This document shows, one piece after another, positions 18,031 to 27,514 of a stretch of DNA of 55,186 bases. The position numbers and the translations under genes were made by a program. The notes under the pieces are model-generated. The model did not search any database. It saw only the letters and a program-made list of their open reading frames with translations, and was not told where the DNA came from. How positions within the stretch are numbered: position 1 is the stretch's first letter; every line of letters begins with the position of its first letter. The stretch comes from Candidatus Fermentibacteraceae bacterium (lineage in GTDB: Bacteria > Fermentibacterota > Fermentibacteria > Fermentibacterales > JCC-6), in contig JAUVIS010000001.1 in the NCBI GenBank assembly GCA_030592635.1, positions 1 to 55,186 on the forward strand. Reading direction: 5' to 3'.

Positions 18031-20070
18031 TCATATGCCGGAAAGCTCCATGCCGAAGTACCTCCACAACTGGCATCCAATCAGTTGATGAATTTCTTGT
18101 AATGGAATGGGAGACATCTCACTAACAGCCTGGAACATCTTCCCGTCGGTTGACATATCAGCAACCTTGAATTTCGGGATTCCATGCTGAGCTGTTCCCA
18201 GCACCTGGCCGGGGCCCCTGACGGAAAGATCTTTCTCCGCGATTACGAAGCCGTCTGATGTGGATTCCAGCAGATGAAGCCTTTCCAGAGAGACCCGGGA
18301 TGCCTCTCCCCCCGGAACAAGAAAGCACCAGGCGTTTCTTCCTCCTCTTCCCACCCTGCCGCGAAGCTGATGAAGCTGACTGAGTCCGAATCGTTCTGCG
18401 TTGGCAATAACCATCACTGTAGCGCCGGGAACATCAATCCCCACCTCAATTACAGTAGTACTCACAAGAACTGCAATCTCGCCTCTGCTGAACTTTTGTG
18501 TAACTGCCACTTTTTCCGCCGGAGGCATGCTCCCATGCAGCAGCCCGGTACCGAATTCAGCCATAGGTCCGGATCGGACAATCTCATAGGCGGTTGCAGC
18601 ATCAAGGAGATCACTTTTCTCGGAAGCCTCTTTCAAGGGATAGACAAGAAAGATTCTCTCGCCCGCTCGCAGCCTTTCCATCATAAATCTGAAGACATCA
18701 CTTTTCCCGGATGCATCAATTACTCTCGTTTCAGTGTGTCCTCGGCCGGGAGGGATTTCATCAATCACAGAAAGGTCAAGGTCTCCGTAAAAAGTCATTG
18801 CCAGTGTTCTCGGTATGGGAGTCGCGGACATCACAAGCGCATGGGGTTCGGGGCTCCTGCAAGCAAGAAGCTTCTCCCTCTGAGCCACCCCGAAACGGTG
18901 CTGCTCATCAATTACAAGTAAAGCCAGTGAACTCAGAGGTACCCAGTCTTCCAGAATGGCATGGGTGCCTATGAGAATCGATTGCGGTTTTTCCAGAAGT
19001 CTTTCTGATATCCTTTTCCTCTCAGAACCGGTTGTACCACCGGTAAGCAGATGCACTTCAAGACCGAATCTGCCGCAGAATTCACCTATGCTGGAAAAGT
19101 GCTGAGCAGCAAGCACCTCGGTTGGAGCAAGCACAGCGGCCGTTTTCCCGGCCAGGGCGGCAACAACACACGCGAATGCGGCCACCACAGTCTTTCCGGA
19201 GCCAACATCTCCCTGTATAAGCCTTCTCATTGGAGACTTGCCTGCCATATCCATACGCACCTCCAGACAAACCCGTTTCTGAGCAGCTGTAAGGGACCAC
19301 GGCAGTAAGGATTCAAACTCCTTCAGGGAAACAGATGCCAGGGGAATTCCCGGCTTTGTGGTATTTTTCTCTCTGACGGCAGCCAGCACAGACCTGTAAA
19401 GGTAAAGTTCCTCAAGAGCCAGAAGATCCCTGGCGGATTTGCCTTCCTCCGGGGAATCGGGCCGATGGGCCGCCCTGAGCACATCCCACCGTCCGGAGAA
19501 TCCAGCGGCTGCAATAACATCCCCGGGCAGAATATCCACCAGTGAATTTCTTACCGCATCAAGGGCGAAGACAACCAGCTTTCTCATTGTTCTCTGGGTC
19601 AATCCGGCAGTAAGGCCGTATATCGGGAGCATTCCAGGCGCATTTACAGCCCCGGCGGCCTCTTCAGAAAAATAGAGTTCGGGATGGACAATAGTGTATC
19701 CCCTGAAAGATTCAACAGTGCCGCATGCGACAACTCCTGTTCCCTGCCGAAGCTTTGACCCGGGAAACCCTGATCTGAAAAATGTCAGCGTAATGCTTCC
19801 TGTATCGTCGGACAAAACCGCTGTAAGAGACGGCCCCTTTCGGCTGCGTCTTCTGGCCACACTCACAATTTTCCCGCTTACCACAGCATCAATTCCGGGA
19901 CGCAGTTCAGCAATGGGAGCAATCGATCTTCTGTCCAGAAATCGCACAGGAACATGCACCAGTAAATCTCCAATGGTTCTGATAGAAAGACGCTCCAGAA
20001 GAGCCTTTCTGGCACCTCCAACTCCACTCAGACAGTTTACACTTTCATCGGTTTTCAGGTCATTCTCCAA
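18031..20070 (-). CDS. recG: ATP-dependent DNA helicase RecG
   Basis: OB-fold wedge N-terminus, then helicase motifs GDVGSGKT, DEQHRFGV, SATPIPRT and QLHQLRGRVGRG. Confidence 0.95.
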   Translation of the reverse strand: MENDLKTDESVNCLSGVGGARKALLERLSIRTIGDLLVHVPVRFLDRRSIAPIAELRPGIDAVVSGKIVSVARRRSRKGPSLTAVLSDDTGSITLTFFRSGFPGSKLRQGTGVVACGTVESFRGYTIVHPELYFSEEAAGAVNAPGMLPIYGLTAGLTQRTMRKLVVFALDAVRNSLVDILPGDVIAAAGFSGRWDVLRAAHRPDSPEEGKSARDLLALEELYLYRSVLAAVREKNTTKPGIPLASVSLKEFESLLPWSLTAAQKRVCLEVRMDMAGKSPMRRLIQGDVGSGKTVVAAFACVVAALAGKTAAVLAPTEVLAAQHFSSIGEFCGRFGLEVHLLTGGTTGSERKRISERLLEKPQSILIGTHAILEDWVPLSSLALLVIDEQHRFGVAQREKLLACRSPEPHALVMSATPIPRTLAMTFYGDLDLSVIDEIPPGRGHTETRVIDASGKSDVFRFMMERLRAGERIFLVYPLKEASEKSDLLDAATAYEIVRSGPMAEFGTGLLHGSMPPAEKVAVTQKFSRGEIAVLVSTTVIEVGIDVPGATVMVIANAERFGLSQLHQLRGRVGRGGRNAWCFLVPGGEASRVSLERLHLLESTSDGFVIAEKDLSVRGPGQVLGTAQHGIPKFKVADMSTDGKMFQAVSEMSPIPLQEIHQLIGCQLWRYFGMELSGI

Positions 20071-20077
20071 TCAGGGG

Positions 20078-20104
20078 TTGACGACGGCTTCCCAAATGTA
20101 TAAT
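20078..20104 (+). promoter_or_regulatory. Candidate sigma70-type promoter for the plus-strand TPR gene (divergent from recG)
   Basis: TTGACG (20078-20083), a 15-nt spacer, then TATAAT (20099-20104) preceded by TG. It lies about 40 nt upstream of the ATG at 20147. The spacer is shorter than optimal. Confidence 0.4.
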
Positions 20105-20146
20105 TCACGGCGATACTGTAAAGCCACTCAACGGGGGTAAACTTTG

Positions 20147-20662
20147 ATGAGCGACCTGAAATCCATACGGATTATTCTGGAAAATAAGATAGCGAACGAC
20201 CCGGAAGATGTCGATGCGAGGCTCAGCCTCGCTCAGATGTATATGGCCGACAACAACCCGGATGCCGCTTTCCCGCTTTACTACGAAATTCTCAACTTTG
20301 ATCCGGATAATGCAGAAGCCTATATGGGACTGGGGCTGGCCTGGGGCTTCTCTATTCTGGAGAACATCCCTGCGGCGGAACTTCATGGAGAAGATGTGGA
20401 TGAGGAAGAACTGCTGGTAAAATCCATTGAGTTTCTGGAGCGTTCCATTGAACTTGATCCGGAAACCACAACCTCACTCAACGCCCTTGCCCGACTCTAT
20501 GTGGTCAGAAGTCTCGAAGATGAGGCGATTGACATGTTCAAACAGTCTCTCCTGATCGATCAGGCTCAGCATGATGTTCTCGAAGAGCTTCAAAAGCTCA
20601 CAGGAACACCGGTCTGGAAGCTTCTGGAGAAGGATGTGTACATGGGGGATCCAGAAGAGTAG
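20147..20662 (+). CDS. TPR repeat protein
   Basis: About 171 aa with TPR-like repeats (ARLSLAQMYMADNNPDAAFPLYYEILNFDPDNAEAYMGLG...). ATG at 20147 follows a GGGGGT SD. The ORF track starts one codon earlier at TTG 20144. Confidence 0.75.
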   Translation: MSDLKSIRIILENKIANDPEDVDARLSLAQMYMADNNPDAAFPLYYEILNFDPDNAEAYMGLGLAWGFSILENIPAAELHGEDVDEEELLVKSIEFLERSIELDPETTTSLNALARLYVVRSLEDEAIDMFKQSLLIDQAQHDVLEELQKLTGTPVWKLLEKDVYMGDPEE

Positions 20663-20672
20663 AACATATTTG

Positions 20673-20741
20673 CTCCTTACCTGTAATGCTTTATAGTTAC
20701 AGCATAAGCAGGATAAGTATCCGGCACTTACAGGTAAGGAG
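20673..20741 (+). promoter_or_regulatory. Long-range 14-bp perfect inverted repeat whose right arm contains the SD of 20748..22169
   Basis: CTCCTTACCTGTAA (20673-20686) pairs with TTACAGGTAAGGAG (20728-20741), separated by a 41-nt loop. The AAGGAG of the right arm lies 7-12 nt before the ATG at 20748. Confidence 0.4.
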
Positions 20742-20747
20742 TTTAAA

Positions 20748-22169
20748 ATGAAAACATGTACAGGTTTTTTCATCCTCGCGTTCATTCTTCTCATTCCATC
20801 ACCTGCTCTTTCACAGGAACGGTGGGGTTCCGATTATCTCATCGGTCACTTTATGGAGGGTCTCGTAGTCACCGGAGACGGCTACTCCAACTTCGACTGC
20901 CTCTATGGTACCAGCTCCGATGTTTTCGTTTGCTTTATCGAACACGATACGGGACCTGGCGGCGATAATTGTATACTGCGCAAATCATTCAACAACGGTA
21001 TCAGCTGGACAAGACAGAGTTCTTTCACGGGGGGCAGCTATCCTCTTCTCTCACCTTCCACCTCTCTGCTGCCATGGAACGGCAATATTTTAGTCTCCTG
21101 CGGTGTTCAACATGATCCTGATTCAGTCTGGATTGTCGGCTTTGAATATGTGTACTCCAACCTGATACTGGTTCAACAATCCGGTGAAATTGACTACTCC
21201 TACCCCGGAGCAGACCTCATAGTTCACTGCTTTTCTGTCACCAATGATGTATCGGGAGAGATTTGGATATTCGCAGTAGACTCTAACAACTGGCTTTACC
21301 TCACCAGATCATCTGATATCCTGTCCTGGACTGCCTCCGTCCCGGTTGCGGCAAATGTTTCAAGGCCCAGCGCAGTTGTTTCAGATGACGGGAGTGTCGC
21401 GGTTACCTGGATTAACCCGGTGACACAGAATGTTATGTGCTCAATTAGTGATGCTTCAGCCAACTTCCAGCCGGCAGTGGTTGTAACAGAAAACCCCGCC
21501 CCTCTGGCCGCACCTGTTCCCGCCTGGGAACACATCGGCGACAAGGATATGGGTATCGTCTGGCATGACAATGCCGGAAAATCCTACATTACAATCTCAG
21601 AAGACCAGGGCCTTTCCTGGGGTGCTGACCTGTACATTGGAGACGGCATTTACCCGTATATCAACAGCTTTCCAGGCACCAGAAGAATGGGCGTCTGCTA
21701 CACAACTTCCAGCAATGAGGTCAAAGTGGCCAGTGCTGTGAGCATGGATGCCGTTCCACTTGTTTCCTACGCAGTTCGAAGCAACCACGAAGCCTATCTT
21801 AACGGGCCATCCAGAACTGCTTTCGGAGAAAATTCCAGTCAGCTCGCGCTTTTCTTCATCACACCGACAACAGAAGACTTCTGGTACAATAACTCGGTAT
21901 TCACGGGCATTGAAAATTCAGAAGGTTCTTCAGGTATCTCGATCTCAGCTGACCCCAACCCCACCGGTGGCTCCTTCTCTGTTGCGGCAACAGGATTCAG
22001 CGGCAATGTTCAGTACACTATCTACAACCTCAGTGGCAGAATAGTTGATCAGTCACCGCTGGTGAACGGAGACTTCACAGTTAACGGTGCGATGCTTCCG
22101 GCTGGTGTATACACAGTAACCGCTGCCGGGAACGGCGAAACAGCAACCTGCAGAGTTGTTAAATTCTAG
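20748..22169 (+). CDS. Secreted BNR/Asp-box repeat protein with a T9SS-type C-terminal sorting domain
   Basis: Signal peptide MKTCTGFFILAFILLIPSPALSQE. Asp-box-like motifs SFNNGISW, SEDQGLSW and SSDILSW. The C-terminus DPNPTGGSFSV...YTIYNLSGRIV...LPAGVYTVTA...CRVVKF matches the Por/T9SS CTD pattern. Confidence 0.8.
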   Translation: MKTCTGFFILAFILLIPSPALSQERWGSDYLIGHFMEGLVVTGDGYSNFDCLYGTSSDVFVCFIEHDTGPGGDNCILRKSFNNGISWTRQSSFTGGSYPLLSPSTSLLPWNGNILVSCGVQHDPDSVWIVGFEYVYSNLILVQQSGEIDYSYPGADLIVHCFSVTNDVSGEIWIFAVDSNNWLYLTRSSDILSWTASVPVAANVSRPSAVVSDDGSVAVTWINPVTQNVMCSISDASANFQPAVVVTENPAPLAAPVPAWEHIGDKDMGIVWHDNAGKSYITISEDQGLSWGADLYIGDGIYPYINSFPGTRRMGVCYTTSSNEVKVASAVSMDAVPLVSYAVRSNHEAYLNGPSRTAFGENSSQLALFFITPTTEDFWYNNSVFTGIENSEGSSGISISADPNPTGGSFSVAATGFSGNVQYTIYNLSGRIVDQSPLVNGDFTVNGAMLPAGVYTVTAAGNGETATCRVVKF

Positions 22170-22989
22170 CCTTCACAAGAGATACAAGTATTGAGGCTGC
22201 GGGGCATTTATCCCGCAGCCTTTTTTCACATAAACCGGTCAGAAAATCAATTTCTGTGGGTAATCCTTTCTCAATATCCTGAAGCATGCTGCACTTGTTG
22301 GAAGAATACTCCAGAAGCCATTCCAGCACACTTCTGCCCTGAATCAGAGCCTCTTCCGAGGGCATGATTTCTGAGACTTCCAGCGACAGTTTCTCTATCA
22401 GAGGTCGAAGTCCAGCCTCAATGAGTTTGTCGTTTTCCAGCCCGGAAAGAGCGGCTACGGGGTTGATAATGCTGTTCGCGTACCATTTGGCCCACCGTGT
22501 TTCGTTGATGTTCGTCACCTCCCGCACAGGTATCCCGGATGGCTTGAACACACCGGTTGCCTCACCGCAGGTCTCACAGTAAACAACTCCGTCAGTGGTT
22601 AATACCGTGGTCGGATCAATCTTCCTGAAACCCATGGAAAGTACAGCATACTCCACTTCTCCCGCCAGATCCCCCCATTCTTCGCTCAATCCCATTCCGT
22701 TGGAGAGACAGATGACTCTCCCATCACAAATCTCTCGTATATGAGGAGCGGCATCTCTTATGGTAAAGGCTTTCAGAGCAGCTATCACCTGTCCCCTGCC
22801 GGGAATCCTGTCAATGGCGGTATGGAATATCTCTGCTGATTGACAAAGTTCTCCTTCTGTGGAAAACACCCGCCGATTCCCGGGCGTTCCGGGGGGACCG
22901 GCAAGAATCACTTCTCCTGAGACAGCCGAAAGGGCGACAGCAATCGCTGTTCCCACAGCGCCGTCGCCCACAACAATCGGGAAAGACAT
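22159..22989 (-). CDS. panE: 2-dehydropantoate 2-reductase (ketopantoate reductase, ApbA/PanE family)
   Basis: N-terminal Rossmann GDGAVGTAIA. The C-terminal domain motif CSMLQDIEKGLPTEIDFLTG is typical of PanE. Confidence 0.8.
   Translation of the reverse strand: MSFPIVVGDGAVGTAIAVALSAVSGEVILAGPPGTPGNRRVFSTEGELCQSAEIFHTAIDRIPGRGQVIAALKAFTIRDAAPHIREICDGRVICLSNGMGLSEEWGDLAGEVEYAVLSMGFRKIDPTTVLTTDGVVYCETCGEATGVFKPSGIPVREVTNINETRWAKWYANSIINPVAALSGLENDKLIEAGLRPLIEKLSLEVSEIMPSEEALIQGRSVLEWLLEYSSNKCSMLQDIEKGLPTEIDFLTGLCEKRLRDKCPAASILVSLVKARI
22195..22226 (+). terminator. Rho-independent terminator for 20748..22169
   Basis: GGCTGCGGG-gcatttat-CCCGCAGCC (9-bp stem) followed by TTTTTT (22221-22226), 26 nt after the TAG. 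It lies inside the 3' coding end of the convergent panE ORF. Confidence 0.6.
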
Positions 22990-22997
22990 AAAGTTCG

Positions 22998-23327
22998 CTA
23001 TTTTTTTGCTTTTGCTCCGGTTTCCGGCTTGATTTCTTCCTCAACATCCGCGTTCTCCCGGATAGCATCAATGGTTTTTTCTACCCTGGTGCGGCCTTCA
23101 GAGTATATCTTCTCTGCTTTTTCTCTGCCGTCGTGGTAGATTTTCTCAGCCTCTGTTATGCCCTTATCGTAAAGCTCCTCACCTTTGTGGTAGGTATCCT
23201 CGGCAGTCTCTCTGATCTTCTTTCTTGTTTCTTCGCCCTTTGCGGGCGCATACAGTACCGCAGCTACTCCACCCGCCAGCAGGCCGGCCACAAATGCCCA
23301 GAACTCTCCTCTTCCTCTGTCACTCAT
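22998..23327 (-). CDS. YtxH-like domain protein
   Basis: MSDRGRGEFWAFVAGLLAGGVAAVLYAPAKGEETRKKIRE... has the YtxH pattern (TM helix plus a charged coiled region). The internal ATG at 23327 is chosen because the longer ORF (to 23429) would overlap the secA 3' end. Confidence 0.7.
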   Translation of the reverse strand: MSDRGRGEFWAFVAGLLAGGVAAVLYAPAKGEETRKKIRETAEDTYHKGEELYDKGITEAEKIYHDGREKAEKIYSEGRTRVEKTIDAIRENADVEEEIKPETGAKAKK

Positions 23328-23352
23328 TTCCTGTCTCCTTCCGTATCGCCGC

Positions 23353-26300
23353 TTATGTTCCGCAGCATCTTTTGTATTTCTTTCCACTGCCGCAGGGGCA
23401 GAGATCGTTTCTTCCAACTTTACCCTCATCCCTTTTCACTGTCTGCTGCCTGCCCTCCGCGTTCTTGCCGGCCCCGGATCGCGGGTCACCAGTCGGTGAC
23501 CTCAGTCCGGGATGAACAGCCCTTCCAGCAGGACCCTGCTGCCTCTGAATTTTAGAAGCGGGCCATAAAGATAATATCTGCCTTACTGCCTGTTTGTCAA
23601 CTCCGTCAAGCAGTTCCTCGAACATTCCGAAAGCTTCTTTTTTGTATTCAACCAGAGGATCTCTCTGTGCATAGGCCCTCAGCCCAATACCGGATTTCAA
23701 GTGATCAAGAGCGTAAAGGTGATCCCTCCACTTTGCGTCAATAGAGCTGAGAACTGACCATTTTTCCAGATCAAGAACGAGTTGATCACCAAGTTTCTCC
23801 TTCTTTTTGCCGTAGTAATCCATAACCAGTTCAACAAGCTTAAGACGCAGTTCCTCGGCGTTCGTGTATTTTTTCTCTATCCCGTCAAGTTTGAATACAG
23901 CACCCGAAATATCCCTGAGACTTACGGCCGCGCCTTCCATGTTCCATTCGTGCGGTTGAGAATCATCAGGGATAAATTCCATAAGGCCGTGCTCTGTTAC
24001 AGCCTCAATCATATCCCGTATCTCTTCCTCAAGCCCGTCTCCCGTAAGGGCCTGAAGCCGTCTCTCGTAGATGACCTCGCGCTGACGGTTGACAACATCA
24101 TCATATTCCAGAAGATGCTTTCTTATTCCAAAATGGTACTGCTCAACCCGCTTCTGAGCCTGTTCGATTGACTTGGTAAGAAGAGCGTGTTCAATTGGTT
24201 CGCCCTCTTTCTCCTGGCTCTTCTTGAGGAAATCGATAATCTTCTCGCTGGCGAAAAGTCGAAAAAGATCATCCTCGAGAGAGAGGTAAAACCTGCTTCC
24301 GCCACGATCGCCCTGTCTGCCGCTTCTTCCTCTGAGCTGACGGTCAATACGCCTGGATTCATGTCTCTCGGTACCGATCACAAAGAGACCGCCTTCCAGG
24401 TCATTTCCATCAGGAATGCTGATTTCCCTGACTTCCCCGGCAATCTTGATATCCGTGCCTCGTCCGGCCATATTGGTTGCTATGGTCACAGAACCCTTCT
24501 GACCGGCTCTGGTAATAATCTCAGCTTCCTGCTGATGATGTTTTGCGTTCAACACGCTGTGGATAATTTTTCTTCTCTTGAGGAGCTTTGACAGCAGTTC
24601 GGATACTTCAACTGAAACGGTACCCACCAGCAAAGGCTGTCCCATTGAGTGCCTTCTGGCGATCTCATCAATTATCGCCCCGTATTTTTCTCGCTTTGAA
24701 GCATACACCCGGTCATTGTGATCAACTCTGATAACCGGTCTGTTGGTGGGCACAACGGCCACATCAACATTGTAGATACTTCCGAATTCCTCGGCCTCGG
24801 TTTCCGCTGTTCCTGTCATTCCAGCAAGCTTGCTGTACATTCTGAAATAGTTCTGAATCGTGATCGTGGCCAGAGTCTGTGTTTCATTCCGAATTTCCAC
24901 ATTCTCCTTGGCCTCAAGGGCTTCGTGAAGACCATCACTGAATCTTCTACCCGGCATCGGTCTGCCCGTGAACTGATCAACTATCACCACCCGGCCTTCA
25001 TCCAGCACATACTCCACATCTTTTTCGTAGAGCTGATAGGCCTTCAGCAGTTGATCTATGTTGTGAAGGGCCTCCGCCTTTGCGGAATGACTCTCGTAAA
25101 TCTGTTTTTTCTTCTCAAGTTTTTCCTGCGCGGATAAATCCTGAACCTCAAGCTCAGCCATATCATCGCCTATGTCCGTTATAAGGAAAAAATCCGGATC
25201 TTCAGGAGAAAGCAGTTTTCTCCCCCGGTCGGAAACCGAGACGGATTTCTCCCGTTCGTCAATTGCAAAGAGCAGTCCTTCATCAAGCAGATGAATGTTC
25301 TTCTCGCGAAGTCTTTCTCCTTCAATGCGTTTTACCGCCGCAACCCTGTCAGGGTCACGCATGGCTTTAGCCAGTCGACGGTGCTTCGGAGCACCCCTTC
25401 TCGCTTTCAGGTAAAGAGTGGCGGCACCGTGGTGATCTCCGCTGCTCCACAGGTCATCGGCATCCGCGGCAATGGAGTTTACAAGCTCCACCTGCTTCCT
25501 GACCAGCCTTGCGACTATCGAACGATACTCGTTGTATCTGTTTCTGTTCCTGGCAACGGCACCGCTTATTATCAGCGGTGTTCTGGCCTCATCAATGAGA
25601 ACACTGTCAACCTCATCAACGATGGCATAGTGATAGTTACGCTGAACCCGCTGCTCCAGCCGAACAGCCATGTTGTCTCTGAGGTAGTCAAATCCGAATT
25701 CACTGTTCGTACCGTAGGTAATGTCGCAGTTGTACTGCTCCCTGCGCTGATCAGGAGTCATTCCCCCCTGAATACATCCGATGGAGAAACCCATGTACTC
25801 ATAGACAGGTCCCATCCATCTTGCATCACGCAGAGCAAGGTAATCGTTCACAGTAACCAGATGAGTTCCAGCCCCGACTGGAATGCCGTCAATGGGCTCA
25901 AAAACCCACTTACTGTAATCTTCCCCGTACTCCGGAACCGCTTTTTCCTTCCATTCCGGATTCAGCTCAAGGCCGTTGAGGTACATGGGAAGAACAGCCA
26001 CAAGAGTCTTGCCCTCTCCAGTAGCCATTTCTGTAATCATACCCCTGTGAAGAACGATACCGCCCTTGAGCTGAACATCGTAAGGCACCATGTTCCACTC
26101 TGCCGGATGACCGCTCACATCCCAGCTCACCCCGAGGTTCCTTCTGCATACTTCCTTTACAACAGCGAAGGCTTCGGGAAGAAGATCATCCAGCGTCTCG
26201 CCCTGAAGAAGCCTTATCCTGAACTCCGGTGTCTTGTTCTTGAGTTCTTCATCGGAAATAGATTCCAGTTGCTGACAGTTGCTGTTGATCTGATCCACCA

Positions 26301-26376
26301 GAGGCTCAAGGCTTTTCATCAGCTTGGCCTGGCTGTCACCCAGCAGTTTCTTAAACAGTTTTCCAATCTTTCCCAT
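23353..26376 (-). CDS. secA: Preprotein translocase ATPase SecA
   Basis: DEAD-like motor motifs (MATGEGKTLVA, VDEVDSVLIDEARTPLIISG, TNMAGRGTDI) and the C-terminal zinc motif CPCGSGKKYKRCCG. The start ATG at 26376 follows GGAGGA (MGKIGKLFKKLLG). The ORF track extends 7 codons further. Confidence 0.97.
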   Translation of the reverse strand: MGKIGKLFKKLLGDSQAKLMKSLEPLVDQINSNCQQLESISDEELKNKTPEFRIRLLQGETLDDLLPEAFAVVKEVCRRNLGVSWDVSGHPAEWNMVPYDVQLKGGIVLHRGMITEMATGEGKTLVAVLPMYLNGLELNPEWKEKAVPEYGEDYSKWVFEPIDGIPVGAGTHLVTVNDYLALRDARWMGPVYEYMGFSIGCIQGGMTPDQRREQYNCDITYGTNSEFGFDYLRDNMAVRLEQRVQRNYHYAIVDEVDSVLIDEARTPLIISGAVARNRNRYNEYRSIVARLVRKQVELVNSIAADADDLWSSGDHHGAATLYLKARRGAPKHRRLAKAMRDPDRVAAVKRIEGERLREKNIHLLDEGLLFAIDEREKSVSVSDRGRKLLSPEDPDFFLITDIGDDMAELEVQDLSAQEKLEKKKQIYESHSAKAEALHNIDQLLKAYQLYEKDVEYVLDEGRVVIVDQFTGRPMPGRRFSDGLHEALEAKENVEIRNETQTLATITIQNYFRMYSKLAGMTGTAETEAEEFGSIYNVDVAVVPTNRPVIRVDHNDRVYASKREKYGAIIDEIARRHSMGQPLLVGTVSVEVSELLSKLLKRRKIIHSVLNAKHHQQEAEIITRAGQKGSVTIATNMAGRGTDIKIAGEVREISIPDGNDLEGGLFVIGTERHESRRIDRQLRGRSGRQGDRGGSRFYLSLEDDLFRLFASEKIIDFLKKSQEKEGEPIEHALLTKSIEQAQKRVEQYHFGIRKHLLEYDDVVNRQREVIYERRLQALTGDGLEEEIRDMIEAVTEHGLMEFIPDDSQPHEWNMEGAAVSLRDISGAVFKLDGIEKKYTNAEELRLKLVELVMDYYGKKKEKLGDQLVLDLEKWSVLSSIDAKWRDHLYALDHLKSGIGLRAYAQRDPLVEYKKEAFGMFEELLDGVDKQAVRQILSLWPASKIQRQQGPAGRAVHPGLRSPTGDPRSGAGKNAEGRQQTVKRDEGKVGRNDLCPCGSGKKYKRCCGT

Positions 26377-26681
26377 TAAGGAAATTCCTCCATGCATATT
26401 CCGGCCGTGACAAAACCGCCCGCGGCTGCCCCGGCCACATCCGCCGCAAGATCCCGCACCTGAAATCCGGAACCGTGCAAACCATCATAAATTTCTTTCA
26501 ACAGACCCAGACCCGCAGTAAAAACCACCGATTCTACAGGTTCAGAAGTCGAGGCAGTGGCTACAGATGAAACGGAGGCTGAGAACGCGAAGTGGTTCCA
26601 CTTGTCGGAAGCAATGACGAAACCACACCCGCATGTAAACATAACAAATACCGGGAAGCACAAGCATACAAATACTCTCAC
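26376..26681 (-). CDS. Small hydrophobic or lipoprotein-like hypothetical protein
   Basis: 101-aa ORF with a Cys-rich hydrophobic N-terminus (VFVMFTCGCGFV). It contains a DKWNHF...KEIYD...DLAADVAG pattern that I only loosely associate with YfiM/DUF2279-like proteins. It has a TAATG overlap with secA. Confidence 0.5.
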   Translation of the reverse strand: MRVFVCLCFPVFVMFTCGCGFVIASDKWNHFAFSASVSSVATASTSEPVESVVFTAGLGLLKEIYDGLHGSGFQVRDLAADVAGAAAGGFVTAGICMEEFP

Positions 26682-27514
26682 ATGGGTTCACCGTATCCTT
26701 CAGATGTGCTTGTAAACTCGTTCATCAGATCAAGCAGCGAGTCGGACTTAACCGCCCACAGGCTGTCGTTGCTCCAGAGGGCAGAGGATTCTCTAAGGGT
26801 GGGAACCGCATCCATCATACACCCGTTTCTCATGAGCTCTCGTCCGTAAAAATACAGCTTCCATCCAAGATCCGCAGCGGATGATGGAGTCCTTCTGATT
26901 TCCCATGCCCGCCGCGATGCCTCAATCGCACCACGGGAATCACCCAGAGCGTCATGAACGGATGATGCCGTCTGCCAGAATGACAAACCGCCTGAACCTG
27001 TCTCCTTGAGTATCTCGAACTGAGCTGCTGCGATCTCCAGCTTACCGTCATCAATTAATTTATCAATGAGCAGACTCCTGTAGAATTCCACTTCCGGCAT
27101 AAGCTCGACAGACCTTTCGATATACCGGAGTCCGGCATCCCCGTACAATATTGAAAGCCAGCAACCGGCATCAGCTGCAACTGAGTCAATCCCGCTCTCA
27201 AAAGAATTCTCAAGCCAGTCAAAAGATGGCTTTTCCGGAAGATCAAGTTCGATTTCAGCCCTGGCCAGTCTGTACCTGCAGGTTCCGCCACCGGCGACAA
27301 GGTATGAATATTCAAGAATCGTCTCCGGTTGGCTGGCAAGTGATTTCAGCAGTTCAGTCAGGCATCTTTCGCTTGCGGGCTGAATGCGGAGAGCTTTTCC
27401 TGCATACAATCCAGCTGAATCGGGAAGATCAAGAAGATTGTAACACCATGCAGCACGGTAAAATGACCACCAGTTGGAAGGCTGCGCTTCCGACTGCTGG
27501 CGGTAGCTGCTCAC
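26678..27514 (-). CDS. Hypothetical helical-repeat (TPR-like) protein
   Basis: 278-aa ORF from the GTG at 27514. The frame stays open for a further 27 codons upstream with a signal-peptide-like hydrophobic stretch but no canonical start (see findings). Confidence 0.6.
   Translation of the reverse strand: MSSYRQQSEAQPSNWWSFYRAAWCYNLLDLPDSAGLYAGKALRIQPASERCLTELLKSLASQPETILEYSYLVAGGGTCRYRLARAEIELDLPEKPSFDWLENSFESGIDSVAADAGCWLSILYGDAGLRYIERSVELMPEVEFYRSLLIDKLIDDGKLEIAAAQFEILKETGSGGLSFWQTASSVHDALGDSRGAIEASRRAWEIRRTPSSAADLGWKLYFYGRELMRNGCMMDAVPTLRESSALWSNDSLWAVKSDSLLDLMNEFTSTSEGYGEPM

Noticed and set aside
25291-26379. 362-aa plus-strand ORF
   Set aside because: It is antisense to secA and has no recognisable motifs. 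A shadow ORF.
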